A stretch of 64,000 nt of DNA from Gammaproteobacteria bacterium (GCA_041984235.1 JBHIYN010000001.1:164985-228984), one strand, 5' to 3'. Positions 35,509-44,731 are shown, counted from the stretch's first letter. Numbers and translations are program-made. The notes: generated by a model from the sequence alone, not told the origin.

Positions 35509-36747
35509 ATGAGTACGAGTATCAGCGTGGACACCGCCGCCGGACGTGTCGAGGGGCATTGCGATACGCGCTTCGCCGCCGTCGCCGACGCCTTCGTCGC
35601 CAATTTCGAACAACGCGACGAAGTCGGCGCGAGCTGCGCGATCACGCTCGAGGGTGAGACCGTGGTCGACCTGTGGGGCGGACGTATCACGCGTGGCGGC
35701 GAGGCCTGGCAGCGCGACACGCTGTGCACCGTGTTCTCCTCGACCAAGGGTGCGATGGCGCTCTGCGCGCACATGCTCGCCGATCGCGGCAAGCTCGATC
35801 TCGATGCCCTGGTGACCGATTACTGGCCCGAGTTCGGGACCGGCGGCAAGGAAGGCGCGCGGGTGAAGATGACGCTGGACCACAGCGTCGGCGTGCCTCA
35901 CGTGCGCGACGCGGTGCCGCCCGGCGGCTTCTACGATTACGACGCCATGGTTGCGCGGATTGCCGCCGAGCCGGCTTTCTGGGAGCCCGGCACGCGCGGT
36001 GGCTACCACGCCATCAGCATGGCCTGGACGGTCGGCGAGCTGGTGCACCGCGCGGCCGGCCAGCGTCTCGGTGCGTTCTTCGACGCGCAGGTGGCGAAGC
36101 CGCTCGGCATCGACTTCTGGATCGGGGCGCCGGCGACGGTCGAGGATCGTATCTCGCCGATGATCCCGGCCGAGCCCGACGAGCCCTGGCTCGCGACCCG
36201 CTTCATCCAGGCCGCGCTCGGCGCCGAGCAGAACCCGACGCAGCTCTTCATGCGCGACTTCCTGCTGGTCGACGCCAACGACCCGGCCTGTCACCAGGCC
36301 GAGATCGGCTCGGCCAACGGCGTCACCAACGCGCGCGGCCTGGCCGGCATGTACGCGCCGCTGGCCAACGGCGGGGCGCTCGGCGGCACGCACCTGGTCG
36401 GCGCGGACACGCTGGCACGCATGGGCCGGGTCAGCATGGCTTCGCACGACGACGCCACGCTGCTGATCCCGACCCGCTTCGCGCTCGGCTACATGAAGAG
36501 CACGGACAATCGCCGCGTGCCGAACACGGTCAACGCCAGCCTGCTCGCCGGCGAGTCAGCCTTCGGCCACGTCGGCGCCGGCGGCTCGCTCGGGCTCGCC
36601 GACCCGGAATGCGCGATGAGCTTCGGTTACGCCATGAACCGCATGGGCACCGGGCTGCTGATGAACGAGCGCGGGCAGTCGCTGCTCGACGCCGCTTACC
36701 GTGCGCTCGGCTATCGCTCTGACGCCAGCGGGGCGTGGCGCACCTGA
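35509..36747 (+). CDS. serine hydrolase, class C beta-lactamase/esterase family
   Basis: The S-x-x-K motif 'FSSTKG' and a fold-typical sequence are present. It starts 14 nt after selB. Confidence 0.75.
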   Translation: MSTSISVDTAAGRVEGHCDTRFAAVADAFVANFEQRDEVGASCAITLEGETVVDLWGGRITRGGEAWQRDTLCTVFSSTKGAMALCAHMLADRGKLDLDALVTDYWPEFGTGGKEGARVKMTLDHSVGVPHVRDAVPPGGFYDYDAMVARIAAEPAFWEPGTRGGYHAISMAWTVGELVHRAAGQRLGAFFDAQVAKPLGIDFWIGAPATVEDRISPMIPAEPDEPWLATRFIQAALGAEQNPTQLFMRDFLLVDANDPACHQAEIGSANGVTNARGLAGMYAPLANGGALGGTHLVGADTLARMGRVSMASHDDATLLIPTRFALGYMKSTDNRRVPNTVNASLLAGESAFGHVGAGGSLGLADPECAMSFGYAMNRMGTGLLMNERGQSLLDAAYRALGYRSDASGAWRT

Positions 36748-36829
36748 GCAGGACTAGCGCACGTGGGTCAGAATTAAATTCTGACCCCTTCCGAACCCCG
36801 TCCCCTGCGACCCTGATAGCATAGGCGGC

Positions 36830-36925
36830 GGAAGAGCATCGCCACCCGGTGGGGCGCCCGGTCTTCAAAACCGGTGAGACGGCCGCAGGGTCGTCTGGCA
36901 GGTTCGACTCCTGCCTCTTTCGCCA
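36830..36925 (+). tRNA. selC: tRNA-Sec (anticodon UCA)
   Basis: The 96-nt sequence is 'GGAAGAGC...GGTCTTCAAAACC...GCAGGTTCGACTCCTGC...CTCTTTCGCCA'. The anticodon loop is 'CUUCAAA' with anticodon UCA. It has a long variable arm and an extended acceptor, and the T-arm is identical to E. coli selC from memory. Confidence 0.85.
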
Positions 36926-36986
36926 CTTCATCCGCCGGCGGGGCCAGGCTCGGCCCCGCCGGCGATTCTCCGGGGGGAGGAGCAAC

Positions 36987-37475
36987 ATGCAGTTCCATCA
37001 CATGGCCGTGTTCGTCAGCGACATGGCGGAGGCGGTGCGCCTGTGGCGTGACGTGCTCGGTTTCAAGGTCGCGGTCGAAACCACCATTCCGGATGGCCCC
37101 GAACCGGGACCCAGGACCTACATGTACCCGGCGCTGCTCGACGACATCTTCAAAGTCGAGGGCGCAAAATCAAAAATGGTCCTGCTGATGTCCGACGAGG
37201 GCGCGCTGATTGAGCTGCAGGAATGCGAGAACCCCGCCATCCAGCGCACGCCGAAGGAGAACCTGCGCTACGGCCACACCGGCTTCCACGAGCTCGGCCT
37301 GCTGGTGGACGATATCGACGGTTGGTTCGAGAAGGTGCGCGCGGCCGGTTACGAGACCCAGACCGACTACGTCTGGACCTGCGCCAGCATCGGCCGCTCG
37401 TTCCTGTTCTACGATGCCGACGGCAACATGATCCAGCTCTGGGAGCACACCGCGGAGCCGACCTGGGAGACCTGA
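36987..37475 (+). CDS. VOC-family (glyoxalase/bleomycin-resistance/dioxygenase fold) protein
   Basis: 'MQFHHMAVFVSDMAEAVRLWRDVLGF' is typical of the VOC fold. A 'ggggggaggag' SD is present. Confidence 0.7.
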   Translation: MQFHHMAVFVSDMAEAVRLWRDVLGFKVAVETTIPDGPEPGPRTYMYPALLDDIFKVEGAKSKMVLLMSDEGALIELQECENPAIQRTPKENLRYGHTGFHELGLLVDDIDGWFEKVRAAGYETQTDYVWTCASIGRSFLFYDADGNMIQLWEHTAEPTWET

Positions 37476-37485
37476 GCGGGGGCGC

Positions 37486-38088
37486 TCAGCCGTCCGTCTC
37501 GCTGACCTCGATACCGCTGGTAAGGTCCGCCGCGGCGCTCGCCGCGGGCGTCGCCTTGAGCATGATGTGCAGCACGTTGCCGAGCTTCGCCTGCAGCGCT
37601 TCGTCGGCGATCTTCGGCAGGATCACGGGGAAGCTGACCAGCTCGATGTAGCTGTCGTCGATCAGCACCAGGGGCACGCGCCGCTTGACCTCCATGATGG
37701 TGCGGAACACGGCCGCGAACTCGCCGACCAGGGCGTACTGGTCGTCGCGCCGGATCTGCTCCAGCAGGCGCTGCTCGGAGATCGAGGAGATCCCCTTGCG
37801 CAGGTGGTAGCCGGCATCGGTCTCGCCGATGTCGTCGAACCACTTGCCGTAGAAGGGCATGCTGCCGTGCCAGTCGACGCCGAGCTGAGGGTCGGGCAGG
37901 CCGACGCGGCCGATGACGGGCACCTCGCTCGCGCTGAAGCTGCCTTCGTCCTCGATCTCGACATTGTCGCCAATGCTGCGTATGCGGCTGACCGCGTAGC
38001 CGCTCGGCTTGGCGACGGCAATGAGGGTGCGGCGCAGGCCGAGACCTGCGAGCTTCTTCGCCACCGCCATGCGCTTCGAGCCGGGCAT
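37486..38088 (-). CDS. hypothetical protein (200 aa)
   Basis: An intact ORF immediately downstream of the Trx-fold selenoprotein on the same strand. Family not recognised. Confidence 0.5.
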   Translation of the reverse strand: MPGSKRMAVAKKLAGLGLRRTLIAVAKPSGYAVSRIRSIGDNVEIEDEGSFSASEVPVIGRVGLPDPQLGVDWHGSMPFYGKWFDDIGETDAGYHLRKGISSISEQRLLEQIRRDDQYALVGEFAAVFRTIMEVKRRVPLVLIDDSYIELVSFPVILPKIADEALQAKLGNVLHIMLKATPAASAAADLTSGIEVSETDG

Positions 38089-38209
38089 GAGCCAAGCCTA
38101 GTACAGCGCGACCGCCAGCGGGCGGCGTCTCATCGAAAACGGGGAGAAACAGGCGGGACCGGTGACAAACGTTAACGATTGACGTTCGTCACCGGCCCCT
38201 GAGCGGCGA

Positions 38210-39388
38210 TCAGCGTACCGGCGTCAGGTCCGGTGCCGGGTAGTAGGGCGTATCGCCGAGCGCGTCGACCGCGGCCCAGAACTCGGGTGCGGTGTTGAGC
38301 TCACCGACCAGCTCGGGGTCCAGCATCATGCTCTGGCGGCGGTAGTTCCAGCTCTCCGGGCACAGCCGGGAGGCCTCGCTGAAGTGTTGCTTGGCCGCGT
38401 CCAGCGCGCCGCTGACGTAGAGCTGGCGGCCGAGGCGCACGTGCGCAGCCGCGCGCACCGCGTTCTCGTCCGGCCCGCGCAGACGGCGCCTGACCTCGTC
38501 CGGCGGCAGCACGTAGGGGCTGTCGGCACCGTTCTTCACCCAGTCACGCAGCGCGTCGATGTAGGCACAGCGCACGCTGGCGCCTTCGTTCGCGGCGGCG
38601 TCCGGGATCTCCATGGTCTCGCGGTTGAGGTGCCGCACCATGTCGATGGTGCCGGCGGATTCGGCCGGGCGCACGATGCGGCCCTGCTCGTCGATCCATA
38701 CGCTCTGCGGCACGTTGACCATGCCGTAGAGCTCGGCGACGAGGTGGTTCTCGTCGATCAGGCAGGGGTAGGTCGGCGGCTTCTGGTTCTGCCACAGCTC
38801 CGGTGCCCAGCCCATCAGGCGGGCCAGCATTTCCGGCCGCTCGGCGATGTCCAGGGCGCGGATGCTCTTTTCGACCGCGGCCTTGCCGGCGGTGTCGAAT
38901 GCGATGGCGAGGATTTCAAGTCCGTCGCCGTGCAGCTCTTCGTAGATTGCCTGCCACACGGGCAGGTCAAAGCTGCAGCCTCAGTAGGAGCCCCACGAGA
39001 ACATGAACACTTTCTGCCCGCGGTAGTCGGACAGGGAGTGCAGCCTGCCGTCGAGATCGGGCAGCGTGAAGTCGGGCGCCTCCAGCGACATCATCTGGTC
39101 GCGCAGACTGCTGACCGACTCGCCGAACGACCACGCGTCGTGCGTCTCGTCGCGCACCAGCGGCTGGTGCATGTGCTCGGCGAAGGCGGCGAGATCGACA
39201 CGGCCCTGGTCGTCGCGCCAGGCGTCGTCGGCGCGCACGCAGGCGTCGCCGCGGCACAGGCCCTCGGGTTGCAGTTTCCAGCCGGTTGCGGCGGCCAGGT
39301 CGTCCGGGCTGAGCCACAGATGCCCGCCGTCGGCAACCGCGTCCGCCACTTCGGTGACGCGGTCGTCGTAGAGAATCGTTGCGCTCAT
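38210..39388 (-). CDS. thioredoxin-fold (TlpA/peroxiredoxin-like) selenoprotein; TGA at 38981..38983 (minus strand) read as selenocysteine
   Basis: Track ORFs 38981..39388 and 38210..38959 share a frame and are separated by one TGA. Read-through gives 'APDFTLPDLDGRLHSLSDYRGQKVFMFSWGSY-U-GCSFDLPVWQAIYEELHGDGLEILAIAFD', with Sec at the position of the redox-active Cys after the beta-strand. A GAGGAGC SD precedes 39388. Confidence 0.75.
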
Positions 39389-39463
39389 GAATGCGCTCCT
39401 CGCTGTGCAAAAGGGACGCTGCGTACTCTAGCGTCCCGGCGCACGGGTGCAAAGGCGCGCGGC

Positions 39464-40462
39464 TCAGGCTTGCGGCGTTTCGCCCAGGAAGGCGCGGGCG
39501 GCGGCGTTGGCGCGCGCCGCCGGGCAGGCGCGGCTGGCGCCGATGAAGCCCGCGAGGTCGGTCTGCTCGATGGCATAGGGGTAGTCGCTGCCGGCGAACA
39601 CGCGACCCGGCGCGACGTGGCCGGCGAGGTAGTCGAGGTAGCCGTGGTCGTAGACCAGGCTGTCGTAGAAGAAGCTGCCGGCCTGCGCCAGCGGTGCGCG
39701 GGTCAGCGCCCCGTCGAAGCCCGCGCTGAGGCGGAAGCCCTGGCCGAGCCGTGCGGCGAGCGGTGCCGTGGCGCCGCCGCCGTGACTGAGGCCTATCCTC
39801 AGACGTGGATGACGCTCGGCGATGCCGCCGCGGATCAGGGTCATGGCGCTGAGGCCGGTGTCGACGGCGAAGGCCGCGAAGGGCACGAGATCGGGGAACG
39901 TCTGCAGACGATCGGCCGCGGCCGGGTGCAGGGCGTGTACGAACACCGCCAGGTCGAGCCGCTCGGCCTCGGCGAAGAACTCGCCGAAGCGCGGCTCGCC
40001 AAGGTAGGCGCCGTTGACGTTGCTGCCGAGCTCCACCCCGCTGAAGCCGTCGGCCTTCAGTCGCGCCAGCTCGCGCGCGGCCAGGGCGGGGTCCTGCAGC
40101 GGCACCATGCCGAGCGCGCGGAAGCGATCCGGCCGCGCCGCGACCAGCCCGGCGAGGAAGCCGTTGACGTGGCGCGCCATGGCGATCGTGTCGCCGGCCT
40201 CGAACCAGTAGGAGAGCAGCTCCGGCATCGGCGAGAGCACCTGCACGGCAATGCCGTCGCGGTCCATGTCGGCGATGCGCCGCGCGGCGTGCCAGGAGCG
40301 CGCGTCCAGCTCGCGGAAGGCCTTGCCCGCGATCTCGATCACGGCGTGTTCGTCGCCGTGCAAGCACAGGCACGGCCAGCGCGGGTTGCTCGCCGGCGAC
40401 GGATTGGCCGGGAAGCCGTCCGGGACGACGTGCGTGTGCACGTCGATGAGGCCTTCGGGCAT
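39464..40462 (-). CDS. amidohydrolase-2 family (ACMSD-like metal-dependent hydrolase/decarboxylase)
   Basis: The N-terminus 'MPEGLIDVHTHVVPDGFP' has the HxH metal motif. It is the real gene inside track ORF 39464..40888. Confidence 0.75.
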   Translation of the reverse strand: MPEGLIDVHTHVVPDGFPANPSPASNPRWPCLCLHGDEHAVIEIAGKAFRELDARSWHAARRIADMDRDGIAVQVLSPMPELLSYWFEAGDTIAMARHVNGFLAGLVAARPDRFRALGMVPLQDPALAARELARLKADGFSGVELGSNVNGAYLGEPRFGEFFAEAERLDLAVFVHALHPAAADRLQTFPDLVPFAAFAVDTGLSAMTLIRGGIAERHPRLRIGLSHGGGATAPLAARLGQGFRLSAGFDGALTRAPLAQAGSFFYDSLVYDHGYLDYLAGHVAPGRVFAGSDYPYAIEQTDLAGFIGASRACPAARANAAARAFLGETPQA

Positions 40463-40476
40463 GCGGTGCGCGCCCG

Positions 40477-41226
40477 TCACAGCATCGTGCTGCCGCCGTT
40501 GACGCTGATCACCTGCCCGGTGACGAAGCTCGCCTCGTCGCGCGCGAGGTAGGCGACCATGGAGGCGACCTCGTCCATGGTGCCCGGTCGTCCCATCGGG
40601 ATCACGTCGTTGAACTGCTTCACCCAGGGATCGTCTTTCGCCATCAGCTCGGCGACCATCGGCGTCGCCACCATGCACGGGGCGACGGTGTTGACGGTGA
40701 TGTTCTGCTGTGCGACTTCGCGCGCGACCCCGGTGGTGAGCGCATGCATGCCGCCCTTGGCAGCGTTGTAGGCGGCGTGCTCGGGCAGCCCGTTGCGCAC
40801 CGAGTCCGCACCGATCATGATGATGCGCCCGCCGCCCTGTTCGATCATCAGCGGCAGCGCCAGCCAGGTACACCACAGCGCGGTCCACAGGTTGCGGTCG
40901 ACGGTCTGGCGCAGGGTCTCCGGGGTGTGTTCCAGGAACGGGCGTATGACCCCGCCGCCGGCGTTGTTGACCAGGATGTCGAGGCGCCCGAAGGCAGCCT
41001 GCGTGTTCCCGATCAGCGCGCGCGCGGTGGCCTCCTCGCTGAGGTCGCCGCGGAAGGCGAAGCTGTCGGCGCCGAGCTCGGTGGCGACCGTCTCCACGTT
41101 GTCGGCGAGGTCGGCGATGGCGATCCGCGCGCCCTCGGCCCTGAGCCGCCGCGCGATGGCGAGACCGATACCGCCAGCGGCGCCGGTGACCAGCGCGGTC
41201 TTGCCGTCGAGACTGCCGCTGCCCAT
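40477..41226 (-). CDS. SDR-family oxidoreductase
   Basis: The Rossmann motif 'TALVTGAAGGIGLAIARRL', the catalytic 'YNAAKGG' and 'NNAG' are present. Confidence 0.85.
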   Translation of the reverse strand: MGSGSLDGKTALVTGAAGGIGLAIARRLRAEGARIAIADLADNVETVATELGADSFAFRGDLSEEATARALIGNTQAAFGRLDILVNNAGGGVIRPFLEHTPETLRQTVDRNLWTALWCTWLALPLMIEQGGGRIIMIGADSVRNGLPEHAAYNAAKGGMHALTTGVAREVAQQNITVNTVAPCMVATPMVAELMAKDDPWVKQFNDVIPMGRPGTMDEVASMVAYLARDEASFVTGQVISVNGGSTML

Positions 41227-41227
41227 C

Positions 41228-42133
41228 TCAGGCCGCCAGTGCTTCGATCGCACCGGTGGCGCCGAAGCGCGCCTCGGGCACCGCGCCCCAGTAGTCGATC
41301 GACTCCAGTGCCATCGGCAGGCGCCGCGGTTCGCGCGGGTCGCGCTCCGGGAACTCCTCCATGCCGAAGCTGAACTCCAGCGTCATGCCGTCCGGGTCGA
41401 GGAAGTAGAGGAAGATCGACTCCGACGGCGGATGCCGGCCCGGACCGAATACCACCGGCACGTCGAGCTTCTTCGCGCGGTAGATGGCACGGCCGATGTC
41501 GTCGATGTCGGTGACCATGAAGTTGACGTGGTGCAGACGCTTGGCATCCGCCTTGCTCAGGCCGAAGGAGTGGTGCAACGGATTGGGGAAGCAGCGCATG
41601 AAGGTCACCGCGCCGTCGATGCGATCGGAGACGCGGTAGTTGAGCTGCTCGATGAAGAAGCGCTCGGCGGCGGCATGCTCGGCGACCCCGAGCACGACGT
41701 GACCGAGGCGCGCGATGCGGGTCAGGGTCGGCGCGAACGGGATCGCGGCGTCGGCCATGCGGTCGAAGTACTCGAAGGTTGCGCCGGAGTGGGGCTCGGT
41801 GATGCGGAACGCGCGGCCGACGCCGAGTGCGGCGCATTCCTCGGCCGCCACCGCGTGGGTGGTGATGCCGAGCGCGCCGAGGTGGTGGTGCAGGCGGTCG
41901 AGGTCGTCCGCCGTTTCCATCTCCCACGCCACGCGGCGCAGGCCGGGCGTGGCGCCCTGGTGCAGGATCACGTCGTGGTGGTGATCGGTGCAGCGGTAGA
42001 GGCGCTCGCCGTCGAGACCGTCGCCGGCCGGTGCGAGGCCGACCATGGCCTGGTGGAAGTCGTGTGCGCGGGCCAGGTCGCTGACGTTCAGCGCGACATA
42101 GCCCAGGCGGCGGTAGCGGAAATCGGGAGTCAT
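41228..42133 (-). CDS. extradiol ring-cleavage dioxygenase (VOC superfamily, catechol 2,3-dioxygenase-like)
   Basis: A two-domain VOC pattern is present ('LGYVALNVSDLARAHDFH', 'LGHVVLGVAEHAAAERFF', 'HHVNFMV'). The start is taken at 'MTPDFRYRRL'. Confidence 0.75.
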   Translation of the reverse strand: MTPDFRYRRLGYVALNVSDLARAHDFHQAMVGLAPAGDGLDGERLYRCTDHHHDVILHQGATPGLRRVAWEMETADDLDRLHHHLGALGITTHAVAAEECAALGVGRAFRITEPHSGATFEYFDRMADAAIPFAPTLTRIARLGHVVLGVAEHAAAERFFIEQLNYRVSDRIDGAVTFMRCFPNPLHHSFGLSKADAKRLHHVNFMVTDIDDIGRAIYRAKKLDVPVVFGPGRHPPSESIFLYFLDPDGMTLEFSFGMEEFPERDPREPRRLPMALESIDYWGAVPEARFGATGAIEALAA

Positions 42134-42146
42134 GGGCGGCGGTTCC

Positions 42147-42652
42147 TCAGACGATGATGCTGACCTTGCCCTGGTCGCGGATGTCGTCGGCATCGATGAA
42201 GCTGGTCTTGCAGCGGATGCGCAGGCCCTCGGTGGTGTTGGCGAGCTCGTAGAGGTGGTGACCGAAGAAGGTGTCGGTGCGCCCCATCTTGCTGCGCCAG
42301 GTGACGAAGTTGGCGCAGGCGCGGAAGCTGTCGTCACTGCCGCCGAGCACGCGCACGTTGCTGATCATGCGACGGCAGCGCGAATGCGGGAACTCGGCAT
42401 GCGCGGTGCGCTTGCCGAGGCGCTTAACGCGCTCGCACAGGCGGTGGTAGTCGTCGGCGACGTAGAACAGCGTGGTCGCCGGGTCGGCGTCGTCGTCGGC
42501 GCCGGCCGGCGGCACCAGGTAACGCGCGCCTTCGACGAACAGCGCCAGCCAATCCTCGAGCCGCCAGGCGTCGAGCAGGGCGGCTTCGTGGTAGAGGAAA
42601 TCCTCGAGCTCGGCGCGCGAGACCGCGGGCATGGCGTCGGCCGCGGCGCTCA
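42147..42652 (-). CDS. aromatic-ring-hydroxylating dioxygenase beta subunit
   Basis: A 168-aa SnoaL-like small subunit ('LEDFLYHEAALLDAWRLEDWLALF'). Its start overlaps the alpha-subunit stop (ATGA). Confidence 0.75.
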
Positions 42653-43933
42653 TGCCGCAGCCCCCGCGATGCGGCGCTGCCATTCGCGCCAGAAGGCGCG
42701 CATCTGCGCTTCGTCGTCGACGTTGGGCGCATCGCTGGCATAGCCCTTGGAGATGTCGTTCCAGCCGGCCTCGGCGAGGTTGCTGTAGCCACGCTGGCAC
42801 AGCGCCAGCGCCTCGCAGTCGTCGGGCGTGGCGAAGCCACCGGGCCCGAGGAACTCGAGGAAGTTGAACAGGCGCAGCTCGCGCATCTGCCGCGACTCGT
42901 CGCGCGGAGCCAGCGTCCAGGCGTTGACGCTTTGCCGGTCGGGCGCATCGGGGAAGAAGGTGCGCACGGTGATCGCCATGATGTCGTTGATGACGAGGTT
43001 GGGGAAGATCAGCATGTTGCGGTTGGTGGTCGCGATGCGTTCCGCGCGTGCCGCACCGAAGCGCTCGACCAGGCGGGCGCGCGTGGCCTCGACCTCGCGT
43101 GCGGCGTCCTCGCCCCAGGCCGGCACGGCCTGGGCGATGGGCCGGCCCCACGGCGCGCTGTACTGAACGACCGCGTGGCCGTTGCCAAGATCGTGGGCCT
43201 TGCCCTCGATGGCGACGTTGACCAGGGTGCCGGGCTTGGATTTCACGTAGTCGAGGTAGCTGGCGTGCGTCGGCACCGCGTGGTAGCCGTCGATGCTGTT
43301 CTCGCACAGCAGTTTCCAGTTGGCCTCGAAGCCGTACTCCTGGGTGCCGCCGACGATCTCCATACCGGCCTCGCTCTGGTCGAAGACGAGGTCGAGGTAT
43401 TCCTTCGCACCGGCGAGGTAGGTCTCGAGATCCTCGCCCTCGCGTTGAAAGTGTACGAAGTACAGACCGCGGTACTGCGCCAGGCGCGGTACCTGCACGA
43501 GGTCGTGCAGGCCGCAGCCGCGTGTGCCTTCGGCGTAGGCCTCGTCGCCGGGACGGTTGACCAGCTTACCCTCCAGGTCGAAGGCCCAGGAGTGGTAGAA
43601 GCAGCGGAAGAGGGCGGCATTGCCGGTTTTCTCGCGGCACACCATGGCACCGCGGTGCGGGCAGGTGTTGAAGAAGCAGCGCACCGTGCCGTCCTTGCCG
43701 CGGGTGAAGATCAGCTCGCGCCCGCCGACGTTGCGGGCGACGAAATCGCCCGGCTTCGCGATCTCCGACGCGTGTCCCAGATAGAGCCAGCACTGGTCGA
43801 AGATCAGTGCGCGTTCGCGTTCGAGGACGTCGGCATCGGTGAAGGCGCGGCGCGCGACACGGAACACGCCGCGCGCGCGATCGTCCTCCACGAAGGTCGC
43901 CGCGGGGCTTGGGTCGAGGGCTGCGTGTACCAT
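42650..43933 (-). CDS. Rieske non-heme iron aromatic-ring-hydroxylating oxygenase alpha subunit
   Basis: The Rieske motif 'CPHRGAMVC...CFYHSWAF' and catalytic-domain iron ligands ('DGYHAVPTH') are present. Confidence 0.85.
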   Translation of the reverse strand: MVHAALDPSPAATFVEDDRARGVFRVARRAFTDADVLERERALIFDQCWLYLGHASEIAKPGDFVARNVGGRELIFTRGKDGTVRCFFNTCPHRGAMVCREKTGNAALFRCFYHSWAFDLEGKLVNRPGDEAYAEGTRGCGLHDLVQVPRLAQYRGLYFVHFQREGEDLETYLAGAKEYLDLVFDQSEAGMEIVGGTQEYGFEANWKLLCENSIDGYHAVPTHASYLDYVKSKPGTLVNVAIEGKAHDLGNGHAVVQYSAPWGRPIAQAVPAWGEDAAREVEATRARLVERFGAARAERIATTNRNMLIFPNLVINDIMAITVRTFFPDAPDRQSVNAWTLAPRDESRQMRELRLFNFLEFLGPGGFATPDDCEALALCQRGYSNLAEAGWNDISKGYASDAPNVDDEAQMRAFWREWQRRIAGAAA

Positions 43934-44113
43934 TTAAGAAACCGTCTGACTGGTTTGTAAATTGGACTCTAGCGCGGGCCGGACGGGAAGTAAACGTTTA
44001 TTTCGCCCATTTGCCTGGTGATGGCGAGGTCAATAACATGGCGGCTGCCTTGTTTGTTTTAAGGCGACCCGCATGTCTCCGACGAGACCCATGACCACGG
44101 CGGCAGCGTTGCC
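43934..44113. promoter_or_regulatory. AT-rich divergent promoter/operator region between the Rieske operon and the TetR gene
   Basis: A locally AT-rich island in a GC-rich window. It contains the near-palindrome 'aaaccgtctgactggttt' and the perfect 10-bp palindrome 'taaacgttta'. Confidence 0.4.
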
Positions 44114-44731
44114 ATGAGTGTCACCGCCAGCCCGCGGCGCTCGCAGGCCGAGCGCTCGGCGCGCATGCGCCGGCGCCTCGCGCGCGCCGCCTTCGAGGTC
44201 ATCCGCGACGGCGGCTACGTCAATTTCCGCACCGCCGCGGTGGCGCGCGCCGCCGGCGTTTCGCAGGGCGCGCAGCTGCATCACTACCCGACCAAGAACA
44301 GCCTCGCCGAGGCGGCCATCGAGTACGCCTGGCAGGCCGCCGGCGACGAGGCCGAGGCGCGCCTGGCCGCCTTCGACGGCGGGGACGTGGTCGCCGCCCT
44401 GATCGAGGACAGCAAGGCTTTCTTCTTCTCCGACTACTTTCGCGTCGCGCTCGACATCCTCATGGCCGGCGGCGGCGACGCCGCGCTGCGCGAGGCGCTG
44501 GTCGCGAGCACGCTGGCCCACCGCCAGCGTATCGAGCGGCTGTGGCTGGAGAAGCTGCTCGCGCAGGGCTACGCGCTGGCCGACGCCGAGGACGTGCTGG
44601 CGCTGACCATGAGCCTGGTGCGCGGCTTCGCGGTGCGCGCCCTGGTCGAGCCGGACATGGCCGGCTTCGAGCGTCTGTGCGAACGCTGGCACGCACTGAT
44701 CGGAGCGGCCGGGTTGACCCCGGCGCGCTGA
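44114..44731 (+). CDS. TetR/AcrR-family transcriptional regulator
   Basis: An N-terminal HTH 'FRTAAVARAAGVSQGAQLHHYPTKNSL' is present. Confidence 0.8.
   Translation: MSVTASPRRSQAERSARMRRRLARAAFEVIRDGGYVNFRTAAVARAAGVSQGAQLHHYPTKNSLAEAAIEYAWQAAGDEAEARLAAFDGGDVVAALIEDSKAFFFSDYFRVALDILMAGGGDAALREALVASTLAHRQRIERLWLEKLLAQGYALADAEDVLALTMSLVRGFAVRALVEPDMAGFERLCERWHALIGAAGLTPAR

Noticed and set aside
36830-39400. Whether there is a genomic island integrated at the tRNA-Sec gene.
   Set aside because: There is no integrase or direct repeat of the tRNA 3' end, and no obvious compositional break. The adjacent genes (VOC, selenoprotein) fit the local functional theme.
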